A DNA stretch of 64,000 nucleotides, taken from the NCBI GenBank assembly GCA_964016885.1, contig OZ024740.1, positions 286,750,001 through 286,814,000 on the forward strand. Reading direction: 5' to 3'. How positions within the stretch are numbered: the stretch's first letter is position 1; the number at the start of each line of letters is the position of its first letter. Source of the stretch: Eledone cirrhosa. Its lineage: Eukaryota. The notes under the pieces were generated by a model. The model was not told where the DNA came from, searched no databases, and saw only the letters and a list, made by a program, of their open reading frames with translations. Positions 27,463-41,200 of the stretch are shown here, piece by piece. Position numbers and translations under genes: made by a program.

Positions 27463-28072
27463 ATCTATATATTGTTATTTTCATTTACGGAAATGTTTGT
27501 AATCTTAAAACGAAGGATTGCCAGTTTATTATATATATATAAATTTATAATTAGTCAGATCACTTTGAATTTCTGATGTTTTATCGGAATTTTCTTTTTC
27601 TTTTGGACTATTCGTTTAGAATAAAATATATACCAAATGTTGCTTAGTCTGATGTCAGAATGATAGAACAGGGACATTGAACTTATATCACCGGTGTCAT
27701 TCAGTAGAGGGAAATATTGTCAATGACACCGTCTACTTATTAACCTGGTAATTTAAATTAATCTAATTATATATATGTAGTAGTTATCTCATGTTCAGGT
27801 GAACGTTAATGTTTATCTATAAAATAGGACGACCTACATACCTGTTTCAGGGTCGGTCTTACAACACCATCATTAAATATTTCATTTCATCATAAGTTAC
27901 GTTACACCGCGAAAGGCAGCAACATACATTTTAGTTGTAAGTAGAAAATATATCTACAATGCATAATTTCCACACTTTAAACAAAGCCTCCATATCTAAC
28001 ACAAGAAATTGAGCCATAAGAGATTATACATAAAGCTATTTCTCAGTTTTTAAGAATTACTTGAGAATTAAT

Positions 28073-29890
28073 ATGGAGAATGTTACTCACTTGGACACAT
28101 CTAACACAATTGTTTTTAACGATAGAGACACTATTTCACAGACATACAGTGACGAGAAATCTTTACACAGTAAATCGTTTACTAAACAAAGATTATTACA
28201 CACAAATATTCCTGAATATTTCTATATTTGTAGGAAAACATTCTCCTCAGAACGTGAAGTTTTCACCGATAGAGAAATGCACAAAAGGGAAAACATATAC
28301 CATTGTGCAATATGTGGGAAATCATTCAGTTATAAGTCTCAGCTTGTTGTCCATAAACGTAGTCACACGGGAGAGAAACCGTATTGTTGTAAAATATGTG
28401 GGAAATCTTTTGCCTCTAACAGTAATTTTACAAGGCACAAGATACTGCACACTGGAGAGAAACCATGTCATTGTGAAATATGTGGAAAATTATTTATCAC
28501 TAACAGCAATTTGACAACACATATAAGAACACACACAGGAGAAAAACTTTTTCATTGTGAAATATGTGGGAAATCTTTTTCTGTCAATTCTAGTCTTGCA
28601 GATCACATAAGATTACACACTGGAGAAAAACCTTTCTACTGTGAAGTATGTGGAAAATCATTTATCACTAAATGCCGTTTAAAAAAACACAAAGGAATAC
28701 ACACTGGAGAAAAACCATATCATTGTGAAATATGTGGGAAATCTTTCTCTGTCAAGTTTAGTCTTGATGTTCACAAAAAATTACACACTGGAGAAAAACC
28801 GTTTCACTGTGAAATATGTGGGAAATCTTTCATTGACAAATCTAAACTTACAATCCACACACGTAGTCACACTGGAGAAAAACCCTTCCATTGTGAAATT
28901 TGTGGAAAATCATTTGGTAGAAATAGTGATGTATCAAGGCATATACGAATACACACCGGAGAAAAATTGTTTCATTGTGAAATATGTGGGAAATCATTTA
29001 TCACTAACGACAGTTTAACAATACACAAAAGAACACACACTGGAGAAAAACTGTTTCACTGTGAAATATGTGGGAAATCTTTCTCTGCCAATTTTAGTCT
29101 TGTAGTTCATAATAAATTACACACTGGAGAAAACCCCTTCCACTGTAAAATATGTGGAAAATCATTTATTACTAGAGGTCGTTTAAAAAAGCACAAAAGA
29201 ATACACACCGGAGAAAAACTTTATCATTGTGAAATATGTGGGAAATCTTTCTTTCTCAATTCTAGTCTTGAAGTTCACAAAAGATTACACACTAGTGAAG
29301 AACCGTTCCACTGTGAAATATGTGGGAAACCTTTTAGTGACAATTCTAAGCTTACAATACACACACGTAGTCACACTGGAGAACAACCATATCTCTGTGA
29401 AATTTGTGGGAAATCGTTTGGCAGAAATAGTCATTTAACAAGACATATACAAACACACAATAGAAGTAAACTATTTCATTGTGAAATATGTGGGAAATCA
29501 TTCTCTGTTAATTCCCATTTTGTTATCCACATACGTAGTCACACTGGTCAAACGCTCCCTTACTGTGAAATATGTGATAAACCTTTTGTCTCTAAAAGTA
29601 AATTAACAGAACACAACAGAATACACACCGGAGAAAAACCATTCCATTGTGAAATATGTGGGGAATCATATATTACAAAAGCAAATCTTGGTATCCATAT
29701 GCGTAGTCATACTGGAGAAAAACCTCATCAGTGTGTAATATGTGGAAAATCATTTATCACAAACAGTAAGTTAACAAGACACAAACGTAGTCACACGGGA
29801 GAAAAACCATATAGCTGTGAAATATGTGGCAAATCATTTATCACTAATGATCACTTAAAAAAACACAAACAAATACATATTGGAATGTAG
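28073..29890 (+). CDS. C2H2 zinc-finger protein, 19 fingers, single coding exon (605 aa)
   Basis: Intact ORF from ATG 28073 with 19 canonical fingers and mostly TGEKP/TGEKL linkers. The N-terminus (MENxxHLDTSNT) is homologous to the 17039 gene. Confidence 0.9.
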   Translation: MENVTHLDTSNTIVFNDRDTISQTYSDEKSLHSKSFTKQRLLHTNIPEYFYICRKTFSSEREVFTDREMHKRENIYHCAICGKSFSYKSQLVVHKRSHTGEKPYCCKICGKSFASNSNFTRHKILHTGEKPCHCEICGKLFITNSNLTTHIRTHTGEKLFHCEICGKSFSVNSSLADHIRLHTGEKPFYCEVCGKSFITKCRLKKHKGIHTGEKPYHCEICGKSFSVKFSLDVHKKLHTGEKPFHCEICGKSFIDKSKLTIHTRSHTGEKPFHCEICGKSFGRNSDVSRHIRIHTGEKLFHCEICGKSFITNDSLTIHKRTHTGEKLFHCEICGKSFSANFSLVVHNKLHTGENPFHCKICGKSFITRGRLKKHKRIHTGEKLYHCEICGKSFFLNSSLEVHKRLHTSEEPFHCEICGKPFSDNSKLTIHTRSHTGEQPYLCEICGKSFGRNSHLTRHIQTHNRSKLFHCEICGKSFSVNSHFVIHIRSHTGQTLPYCEICDKPFVSKSKLTEHNRIHTGEKPFHCEICGESYITKANLGIHMRSHTGEKPHQCVICGKSFITNSKLTRHKRSHTGEKPYSCEICGKSFITNDHLKKHKQIHIGM

Positions 29891-30559
29891 CTTTTATCAG
29901 GGAAATGTGAGAAATCCTCTTGGAAATCTAAACTTCTATCACCAAATAAACATTGGAGCCTGTTAAACATGGTAAAATATGTTGGAAATCATTCTCTTTG
30001 AATTCTCATTATGTAGTCTGCAAATATGCTCATGTTTGAGAGAAACTCTTGCTAAAATATTTGAGAAATCTATATTTGAATTATAAACTTGAAGTTGAGA
30101 AAACATACGTTTACATGCTACTTAAAATCTTATGTTAGATGGTATTTCCTGAGTAGTTGAAATTATTCTCAACTGAAATCATATATAAAATATTGTTCAA
30201 TAAAATTCTCTCTGTACATAACTTATATAAACCTTAAGAGAGTGTCTCTGACATCTTAATACACCTGAAGTAGTTGGAATATTCGAGTGACTTGGTTTTA
30301 GTGACAGTGATTATATTTGTTGATTAGGTAGAATTTTACAGGTAGGCAGATGATATTTTCAATGTTTTTCTGATTTATGACATTCATGTTTGTATAGTGG
30401 GAGCCTAGCAACACACCTTTTGTTTTTTTGTTACTACTGTTAAGGTCAAATCTACTCATTGCCAGGACTGCTAAGTCACAAGCAAATATTACATCTGAGA
30501 ATTACTTTAAAGCATATAAACACACAAATCCCTTGTTATTCGAAATTATAATCATTTTG

Positions 30560-32150
30560 GTTGGGTAGGCATATTAACAGAAGAATGAATAGACAATGTA
30601 ATTGAAGTTGTCAGAATGACCAATATAATCATCAAGCTTAGGGTAGTTCTAGATAAACCAGCAGGTCTCTGCATACACATCACAGTCTGGGCTGTCAGAG
30701 AAACTAAAAGACTACTTTATGATGCCCTTATGCAGACTCATCAATGAATTGAGTGACATCATGATTACTGGCTGGTGGTTTTAATGGACTTATTGGTCAA
30801 ATTAGTGATGGCTTCTATGGTGACCATTAAGGATATGGGTTTGGTACAAGAAATGAGGAGATATCAAGGCTCCTGGAGTTATGTGATGCGAATTACCTAA
30901 CTATCTGCAACAGTAATGTCAGAAAACCAGCTGTCTATCTGATTACCTACCAATGAGGCAAACACACTAGCCAGATAAATTTTATTCGCACCAGAAATTG
31001 GAAGAGACTGATGGTTGTAAGTATACATTTTCTCCCTGGTGACGAATGTATCGCCCAACAATTTAAAATTAACTTCAGAGTTAAAAGGAAAACCTGCTTA
31101 GTATTTACGACAGTAACAGGACTTAGAAACTTACTACTGAGGGTTCCTGCATGACAACTTGCTCGAGACTCCAGAGAAGATATGTGGCTAGTGTAAAGCT
31201 CCAGGTAGTTAAGATGGTGATGGAATAGTAAGGTAGATGAGGCAAAGCTAATGAAGAGACTGGAAGAACAGAAAGCTATATCAAAAAACAAGAAGAAAAG
31301 CTAGGTGCCAGGAGAGAAGCAGAAAGAAGTTTGTTGTGTGAGGTGTTCCAGAGTAAGAAATTAGTTATGTGAGGTGTTCAAGACTATACTAAAGGAGATC
31401 AAGATGTTGGGGAAAAGTGTTTTCAAAATGATAACAGTTCACTTGCCTTTACTGATGCTGAATAGAATGAGGCATGAAAATGCCATTATGAGAGACTGCT
31501 GAATAAGGAAAATGCATAGGTTATCTACCCCATGTAGATCCAACAGAGAGACAGTCCAACTAAGCAACAATGTGATAAGGCAGTTAAGGATAGACCATCA
31601 GGAGATGATGTGGTAAACCATACTGTGTACAAAATGTAAGTTATGGGTACATGAGATGTAACAGGGTCTCAAGTAGACTAACAAAGAATGTATTTGGGTG
31701 ACTAAATCATAGTGAAGAACCAGTTGGAAAAAGTTCAAGATACTACTACCTCTGCTCGTTAAAAGTTCTCTCCCAGACTGAAAGGTAGGTTCTCTTATGC
31801 CTATGTATGAACTACAATGCTGCACAAAAGTGAAACTTAGGCCTTAAGCACAGATTTGCAAAAATTTGGAAAAAAATGAACAACTCAAATATGCTGAGAA
31901 AAAAATTAGGTATTAGAGGGATTGAATGCAATGTTCAAGAGAGGACTGTGATGGTATGGTCATGAGATGTATATGGAGGATGAGAGCTGTATAAAGATGT
32001 GTAGGGCACTCGAAGTTGAAGGAAGCTCTAGGAAAACATCAAACAATGAGGTAAATGTTGATCTCTCTAAGTTGGATCTTGCAAAGATGACACAGGACTG
32101 AGTTGATTGGCGATTTGCTGTTCTACAAAAGATCCACCATCCCATATGAG
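30560..32150 (+). mobile_element. Degraded RTE LINE (endonuclease region plus 3' end, internally deleted)
   Basis: APE-type remnants AGGFNG, GYGFGTRNEE and RKPAVYLITY, followed by typical RTE 3' sequence. Confidence 0.7.
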
Positions 32151-32479
32151 ATGTGCACGGGGAGGATCATAATGTAGAAGCTGGGAGATAAAATCAACAT
32201 TTAGGTCCCTCTTTCAATATGCCTTCAACTTCTTTCTCTTGACCGACCCCCTTGGTCTTGCCTCCCTTGTTATCTAAATAAACATGCTTCACACACAAAT
32301 ATTTTGGGCTCCATATGTACCCATCTAGTTTATGGATCTACCTTTTTACCACACCCAACTCTTATCTAGTAATCATTCTATCCCCTGAAAGCAGCCTCCA
32401 TGACCCAATACCTGCTCTCTCACATGGAAAACAAACAAAAAATGATGATAAGCGTGATCATGAATTATCACTTCACAAA

Positions 32480-33480
32480 ACATACTACAACTTCAGACTC
32501 AATACCGTTTGGGACTATACAATTATTGAGATTTGAAAAGTTTTCTCATGTTAATATGGTGCTTGGATGAAAGAAGAGAGTTTAGTGAACAAACAGAAAT
32601 CACTTACTGAATTGTTAAAGCCACAGACCAGCAAGAATTACAAACTCCAGTTTAGTTATAAACTTAGCTTTCTTATCATTATGAAATCTCACAATGATGA
32701 GGAAAATTTACTGAACCCAGCTATTAAGATATATCTCAGGACAATGTAAAGCAACAACAGAACCAACTAGGAACTTGTCACTCTTTACCTTTCCATTGAT
32801 ACTACAGATGATGTTAAGATATAATTGACAGATTCTCCAGATTACTAAATTTTCTTTAGTTCTCAATGAAACAACAGTTCATGAGAATGAAGTCCTTGCC
32901 TATGCAAGGTTCCAGTACAACTACAAAAGTTCATGGATGAAATGTTATTTTGTAAGTTTGAAAAATGGATTGCAAAGCCAACATATTTGGCTTTATCAGC
33001 AAAATGGTTTTTTTTTAATTACTTACAAATAACCTCAGAACACTTCTCCAACAGCCATGATGACCTTAGTGATTTAAAGCAAATGAACTTTCCTTCTTGG
33101 ATTGCTCAATCATTTCTCTTTTAGGAAAATAATGACTGCCTGGCTAAGATGGAGTCTGATCAGATTGATAAGGTAATAGATATACAAAATGATGACAGTG
33201 TGATATAGATCCATGTTCCAAAACAGCACTTCATGTTGCTGAATCCCCATGTTGTTGCCAAATATAACAAACAAGATTCAGAAGCTCAGTTACTGCTTTT
33301 GCCTTCCCCGGCAACATATTTGGTTGAATGCTCCATTAATGCAATTATGGATATGTTGATAAAAAGAATGAAGCTAATTCAATATTTGCATGAGGGGTGA
33401 CCTTTGAGCAAAACTAACTGGATTTGTCCCTTGGTTTTCAAGATTAGTTTCTCTAAATACAGGTCAAAGTGGGCAGTACA
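32480..33480 (+). mobile_element. hAT (Charlie/Buster-like) transposase fossil
   Basis: Remnants SYKLSFLI..KSHNDEENLLNPAI, FSLVLNETT..EVLAYARF, MDEMLFC, and LLPSPATYLVEC resembling the hAT dimerisation motif. Confidence 0.6.
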
Positions 33481-35210
33481 AATGAAAATTTTGACTGGTG
33501 AGAAATTTATTTCATTTTGATATTTTTTTAATCAGTTTTTGTAATTGGAAGAATTATAATGTGTAAATATATTTTGTTTGTGTATGACTAAGTTCCAGTG
33601 TCTGCCATATAACATGGTTGGGATGTCATTCATTTAGAATATTTCATGTCTATTGTGTAAAATGTAAGGAGGTCAAGCACATAGAAGTTGAGATTAGGGA
33701 TTGTGGATCTTTGATAAGGAATCATATATCATGAAAGTATTATTTATTATGAAACATTTTTTGTCTTTATAACGTGTTAAAAGATGACTATTATTACTGA
33801 ATAAACAGCAGAGAAATAGGTTACATGCTGGATATATCAGAAGTAGTGATGCCATGTGTGTAGTGAGGGATTAGTATAGGACTTCTTGATTAGCTACAGT
33901 AACTAGTAAATGTACTTCAATAAGGTCTTATGGAATTTGAAGTATGTCCGCTAGCATGTTTTCGATTTACAACTGCTTATCCGGATATAATTTTTAACCT
34001 TTTGGTTCACATATAACTATATATCATACAGATGGTGACACATATATTTAACTAATTGCAGGCTATCATATATACATACATCTATGTAAACTCACACACA
34101 AGTATGTCTAAGTAATTCGTGTGTATTCAATGGCAGCATTGAATTATAAATAATTAAATAAATAAGTGTCATTCTCAATGCACGTAATTAGTATTACTGG
34201 CAAAGTAACTAACTTTTTCTAGTCATATCACATTTACTTGGTAAAGTATATTTTACTCATTTAGAAGAGGCTATGGCACTGAAACAACCAAGCACCCTCA
34301 TGGGCACCACCTGATACTTCAGTAAGGTGAGCCGCTAACAATGAGAAAAACTTCGCTGTCAGTGGCCCAGCTTCCCCCAAACATCTCAAATGCCACTTAA
34401 CCATAAGTCCTATTACTTTAGAATTTTATTCCGTCCGATAACGGAAGCAGCAACCTCACATTTACCGCGGTGTGGAAAGGAGCAAAAGAGTCACATAAGA
34501 CATCTATATTTCTATGTATATTGATACTCTTCGTCTTGTGAACTAAAGAGATGCTTCGCTGGTGAAGTCTAATAATACCAAAACAACTAAGCTTATTAGA
34601 GTTATCTTTCTTCCTTGTAGTTTTTTTTTAGACTTTATACAGCTGATTGGGATTCTTCAACTCGTCACTATATCATAGATGTCACTTTACCGTATTTTTA
34701 AATTCAATAGTTTTCTATTGTATTATGTGTTTTACTTATGATTTTTAATAATAACAATAGAGTCATTAAGCTATATTCTTTTACAATATGCCTAAAAATA
34801 ATTCTCTTAAATTAAAAACAGGGTTAATATAAATACGAAAACGTGAAACTATTTTACGAATTAAATATTTCCCTTCCAAGTCACGTAACAAAAAATGTCT
34901 GAATTTGCAACTGAATTTGGGTGCGAGAAATGATGATAAAAAGGGTGGGTAAAGTTAAAAATAAAAATTATATTAGAGAGATTAGAAAGTGTGAGGGAGT
35001 AAAAAAAAAAATAGCGTAAGAGAAAAATAAAGAGAGTAAAAGAGTGAGGAGAGAACGTGGGAGGATTGTGAGAATGTTAAATACTTGTTGCTGGCCTACT
35101 TCCGCTATGCCCATCAATGGTAAGGACGTACCAGCTGCTTGGATTGGTTGTGCCTACTGCTGTCAATTCAACCGTCTATTAGCAAGAATACAGAACTAAT
35201 AATAATTAAA

Positions 35211-38200
35211 ATGTCATCCAAACTTAAGAAGATTATCGATGAAAACAAGGAACATGAAAACCCCGAACTTGATCTTGTTGATCGATCTATCACTGATCTC
35301 AACGATGTCCCGGGACTATGTAAGATATTGTTTTGATTTTGATAATATTCAAATCTATTGTATAAACAAACTTTTGTGACACTATTTCGATTTGTTTAGT
35401 TCTTGCTTTTAAAAAATTATTATTAAATATACATATAATTGTTCGCCTTTATATGACATTTATAAACATTGTTTTCGACCACTCTTTGTCTTTGATCATC
35501 CTCATACAAGTGTTTATTCCATAATTATTACTTCGTTACTACGAGGCTATACATTTATAGAGAGGAGAATAATCAATTCAGTCGATTCTAAAACATAATT
35601 GGCACTTCTTTTATGAGTTCTCAAAGATTAGAACTTAAGAGGCGACACTAAATGTTTTAAAGCATTTGGGCCAACGTTCTACCTTTGCTGCCATTCCTCT
35701 GCCGTGCGTGCATTCCATAATAAGGCGGATGACCTGACTGATTTATTTTCCAAAGTATGACTAACATTTTGCATATTCTGTTTTTTTTCAATTATTTTAG
35801 CTAGATAATTTTTATTACTTATTAAACCAAAAAATTCATTGTTTTCTTTTTTAAATTTAGAATTAGTATTGACTTCAAATACTTCAGAACTGTTATGATT
35901 CATTCGCACTCCTTACTATTACGTAGTCGCCCGACCTGCTAAAAATAGCAGCTAAATCTCCCTCAGATCATACATTAGCAAGGATACGTTGGGTAATATC
36001 GTCATCCGTTCCCCGCACTCAGCAACATGACGGGGTGATCATGGTTAGTATGCCGTTCATAAAAGGTATTCTTGATCAGGGATGACCTGGGACTAAACAA
36101 CAACCATTTTCTTTTTTCAAAAGGAATATATAATGACAAAGAAGTTTTGACAACTTTTTTTAATTAATGTGTCAATTCATTTATGAAGTTTAACTTCTAA
36201 ATCCAGCTTTTATTATCATTTTAAATGAAACTTATTTGATTTTGTTTGTACTCTTCAAAATTGTATAAATAATATAATTGTTTCTACATTTGGCACAAGA
36301 CCAGCAATTACTGGTACTTTATTTTATCTACCCCGAAAGGATGAAAGGCAAAGTTAACCTCGGCGGGATTTGAACTCACCGAGGTTAACTTTGCCTTTCA
36401 TCCTTTCGGGGTCGATAATAATATAATAATATAATGGTTACAGAACGAATATACAAAGCAGAAAATAGCTGTTTTTACTTCGCAATTACCGAACAGTAGT
36501 GTCATTAATTTACACACAGTGTTGATTGAAATGAAACTGATAGTTATATTCTGTAGTACAACACATACATATAATGTAAGTGTACAATTCAATCAAGGAG
36601 AGATTAGTTTATGAGGATTATAAGCCTCCAACAAATGAAACAATTGTAAACAAATAAATATTTTTCAAAGAATTTTGGTTGTTTATTCCCCTACTATAAT
36701 ATATATATATATATACACACACGCACACTCATTAAAAACAACACAGAAGACCGGACTGAAAACTTTACAATTTTAATTCCGCGAAAACACTATACATTTT
36801 TCAGTGGCCCAGCTTCATCATCCGAATTTGATGCAAGATCCAGGCGATTTCATCAGGTGTTAATTGGAGAATTAGTTATATAACAGAACACAAATAGAGA
36901 ATAGAAAATAGAGGACAGATTTCGATACGCGGATGGCCTGCCGATTCTGTATTATTGTAACGGCAGGTCATATGTGTGTGTGTGTGTGTGACAGGCTTCT
37001 GCACAGTTTCAGTCTACCAAATTCTACTCACAAAGCACTGGTCTCTTGCTTATGATGTTATTTCCTACTTTCAGTAAACCTTGAACACCTTACCAGGTTG
37101 ACATTGAGTCACAACAAATTAACGGGTAATTATATTTCTCAGTTTAAATATGTAAAAATGTTTCATAATTATAGAATACTAAATATTCTTTATATTCCTG
37201 GTTTTACAAAGATAATATATTGTGAGTTCATACTTAGTACAGGCTTTTTGTTTTGTCTCTTGACTAAACACTAAATGTCTTAAATCACCAGAGCTCCTTT
37301 GTATATTAATTGCAATAAACTGATATTTTATCTAGGAAAATATTCATCTATCTACTTAATTAACGATGGTGAAGAGATATCAAATTAAATAGACAAGGTA
37401 CATTTTTTTTTTCATGTGATTATTAACAAACCTGGGCTAACTTAAAATATGGCTGTTTTTTTGCTAAATAAACTAAGTAAAATTCAGAGTTTTGTCTATG
37501 AATATTTTCCAATCTTTGCATTTGATCTCATGTTCCAAATGTTATATATAATTTATCTATTCAGCTATTGTGCCTATCCAAATAACATTCTTATTCCTTT
37601 CAATGACTAAATATTTTAGATAGAACATATCTGAAAGATTGTTCCTTTGTAACTAACGTGGTGTGATTTTTATACTTTTCAACGTATCTTTATTTCTTTG
37701 CCACTTTTGCTGTTAGGAATAGTGAACCAGTAATTAGCCCATATAGAAACGTTTATGAGAAGTATATAACAAAATCTTACAAATTAATAGAAGAAAATTG
37801 AACTGCCAGCATATTTACTACTGTGTCAGATGCCCTTATGAGAAGTGATTTCATCTAGCTAGTTGATTTTTTTTTTTCAGAGGTTCCTCCTGAAATTCTT
37901 GGCTTGATTAACATAGAAAAGCTCAATCTTTGTAATAATCACCTAGAGGTAAATATATTATATGTTTACTTAATTCACTTTTAAGATGTTCTATTAAATT
38001 TTAAAATATAATTTCATAATTTATTTTTAAGAGGTGGTGTGTCACTTGCTATTTTTCAATGAAGAATTTAACTTGACATTTATCAATAAAGAATTGCATA
38101 TGAAAATGTGTATTTGTAACGGAGAAATTCTGTTTTCTCTATCTGTGAGTTAATATACCCTCATCTACTTAACAGATTTTACCAAGTAATATGTCAAATT

Positions 38201-41200
38201 TAACAAAGCTGAAAACATTGAATCTTGGGTAAGTTAATGCCTTTTATTCAAAGCTATAACAATATATTATCATAGATGTTTGTTTAAACGAAAAGAGGAT
38301 TTCAAATTAGATTTTCAATAAAGAAAAAATATTTCGAGCACCATTTTTCAAAGTTCTTAATTTAAATAAAATCTTTCATTTTATAATGTATTTGTATAAT
38401 GTATCTTATTTGAACATATCAAATTATAATACAGTTTCATTAAAAATAACTTATTGCATGGTTGCTACTTAACTCTTAACATATGTCGCACCAAACTGCA
38501 TTAATAAAACATTCTTGAAAAGTACAAAACTGCACTATGATTTTATCACATTAAAAATTGAAGTCCTTATTGTAATTCTGAGTGTTTGTAGAATAGTATG
38601 TCTACTAATAGAAACTATAAAATTTTTAATAACCAAAACCGTTTTTTTAAAGGATATTAATAGTTAACTTTTATGTAGCTATGCATTTTTAGCACTGACA
38701 TTCTTAAAATTATTGGGCCTAATTAGTCATAAACTACCCACCCACTGATTAGAAGAATCTAGTATTTTATAGATAGTGAGATCATTATTTATCCATTCAC
38801 TAATGAAATAAGAGTCAGCTCTCTAACTTTTCACCAGTAGAGGAATCAAGCTTATAGACTTCTGTAAATGAGAACTGTGGCATTCATACCTTTTCCAACC
38901 AAAGTAGCTAGTCAGAAATTGAACATGCTGCAATATTATTTAACTGAGAGCTTAACATTCTATATTTCAGACCTGAAAGTTGACTATATTTTCATTTAAT
39001 ATTTTATTGAACTATAGGAAGGTAAACCATAACAGCCTTCTATCCAGAATTCATAATGCATGACAATGTAAGTAACAATCTATTCAGATTGAGTTACTAG
39101 GCAAAATAGTTATCAACTTTAGAAAATGATTGGCATTATGCCTGTGTATGCAATTTCATTTTGAATGTTTGTTTATTAGACAGTGTACTGTCGAAAGCAA
39201 AGTTGGTGGTATGAATAATGATTCTACATCCTCAGAGAAAAAAATTGATTCTTTGGAGCTATGCCAATGAATTATATTAATCAATACAGTTAATTATTAC
39301 ATTGTGGTGTAGAAATATAGACTGAAAATTGACTACATAGTATCTGCCTAGACAAACCAGTATATTTAAAATATAGCAATTAGATTTTCTAAAGTAAGCC
39401 TAAATGAAAGATCTCTTTTCTATAAAAATAATACTGTGTCTCAACAGAGACTTGGGTTCAGGTTTCACTGGGTTCTCATTTAATTCCTTTCATGTTTACA
39501 TTGTGACAAACACTTGTTTAAACAATCAGTATAAATACAACAGTTTATACATTACTAAAAAGAAATAAAATTCAAGTTTTTAAAGCTAGATGTGGGCTGC
39601 CTGAACAAATTGTTTCAGCATCAAATAAAAAGTTTTTACAATAAGATTAAAGGCAGTATCAAAACAACATGCAGAGAATTAAAAAAAAAATTATTCCAGA
39701 TTTACTGAAAAAATGAGTACCAACAACAGCTTGGGAATGGAGTGAAATTACAGGGTCTTATACTCTGTCACTAAACATTACATGAAACTGGGTTCAGCTT
39801 ATTGTATAAAAGATAATTACAGGTGTCATATACATATAACATTAAATATTTTTACTTCCATTTTCATTTTAAATAGTATTAATCGATTGAAGACTCTTCC
39901 TCGTGGATTTGGTGCCTTTCCTGTTTTGGAAGTTCTTGATGTTACTTACAACAATCTCACCGAAAACAGTTTACCTGGCAACTTTTTTTGTTTGGGTTAG
40001 TGTATTATTATAGTTTTGGAAATGTCATTTGGCTGTCAGATTTCTAATTCTTTGTTCATAAATAAAAAAATACACCATTTTATTATATTGGCATTGTTGT
40101 CAAAAATATTACAGTTTCATCACAGGTTTAAATATAATTCTACAGTACATGTTAAATATTGAAATTGTTAAGTGACATATGCTCTAAGTTGGAGAATAAT
40201 CTAATTGAACAATTCCATTGAATCTGTTTATTACTTAGTTAAATTTCACAATGACAATTTTTATTTCCTCTATGTTAATCTAATACTAGTCTTCATTAGT
40301 ATTCTGTATCTAACTTAAACTAACCATTAAAGGTTAAAGCAGATATACTACCTTAGATACATTATTTCAAATTTGCTGTAGCATTTGTGGAACCTCTCAT
40401 TGAAGAGTAAGGTGTCCACTTGGAAAAAAATGTTGCACAGCTGCCAGCAATTAAGGCCCTAAGTTAGGCTGACTAGAGCTTTGAACTGAGTATTTACAGC
40501 TTCTGTTTTCCCTCTTTATGCTGATAGAACATGAACTCAGCACTTAAATTGTTCCACTAGTAGCTGGTTTTATCCATGATACCTATTTACAGTGAAGTTA
40601 CCAGCAAGAATAACAATTGTTAACCATGGTCATCGAATATAAAATAAGTAACCCTTCACTTCAGGCAGTACTCTGACATTCTCCACATCATATACTATGT
40701 ATGTTGTATATAACAAAATATGGCCTTCAATCAATATAAAGTGTTATATAATGCTGATGACATTTATGATTATAAAAAAACAAAGAGTAATATGCTGTCA
40801 CAGATATACTGATGTTGCTAAAAAATATATATATAACATATCTCTGCAGGCAATACCTTTTTTTAAAAGATTATTTTATTTGTATTAACACAGTAAAAAT
40901 CAATATAAATTATTAAAAAGGGGAATATTTATATATTGATGGAGCAAAAAATGTCTTTTATATTGCTAACCATAGGTTCATATATTGAAATGATCATGTA
41001 GAAAAACCTATATACCAGATGAATTCACTTGCAAGAGAAAAAAATGATTAGGTTAGCTTTTGGTATAACAGTTACAATTGTCTGGTCAAAACACAAATTG
41101 AATCCTGATGTAAATTTACTGAACTCTTAATGCTAAGGGCCAAAACACTTGTTTGAGGAGGGAGTTTTTCTCTGGAGACCTTCTGCTGGGATAACATATT

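Noticed and set aside
28080-29438. Alternative-frame ORFs overlapping the 19-finger gene
   Set aside because: Expected by-product of the repetitive 84-bp finger codon pattern.
34400-34495. TOP-like tract CTCTTTTGCTCCTTTCC on the minus strand upstream of RSU1 (possible divergent snoRNA-host transcript)
   Set aside because: No convincing exon or C/D or H/ACA snoRNA follows, and the region shares a motif with a probable repeat at 36801.
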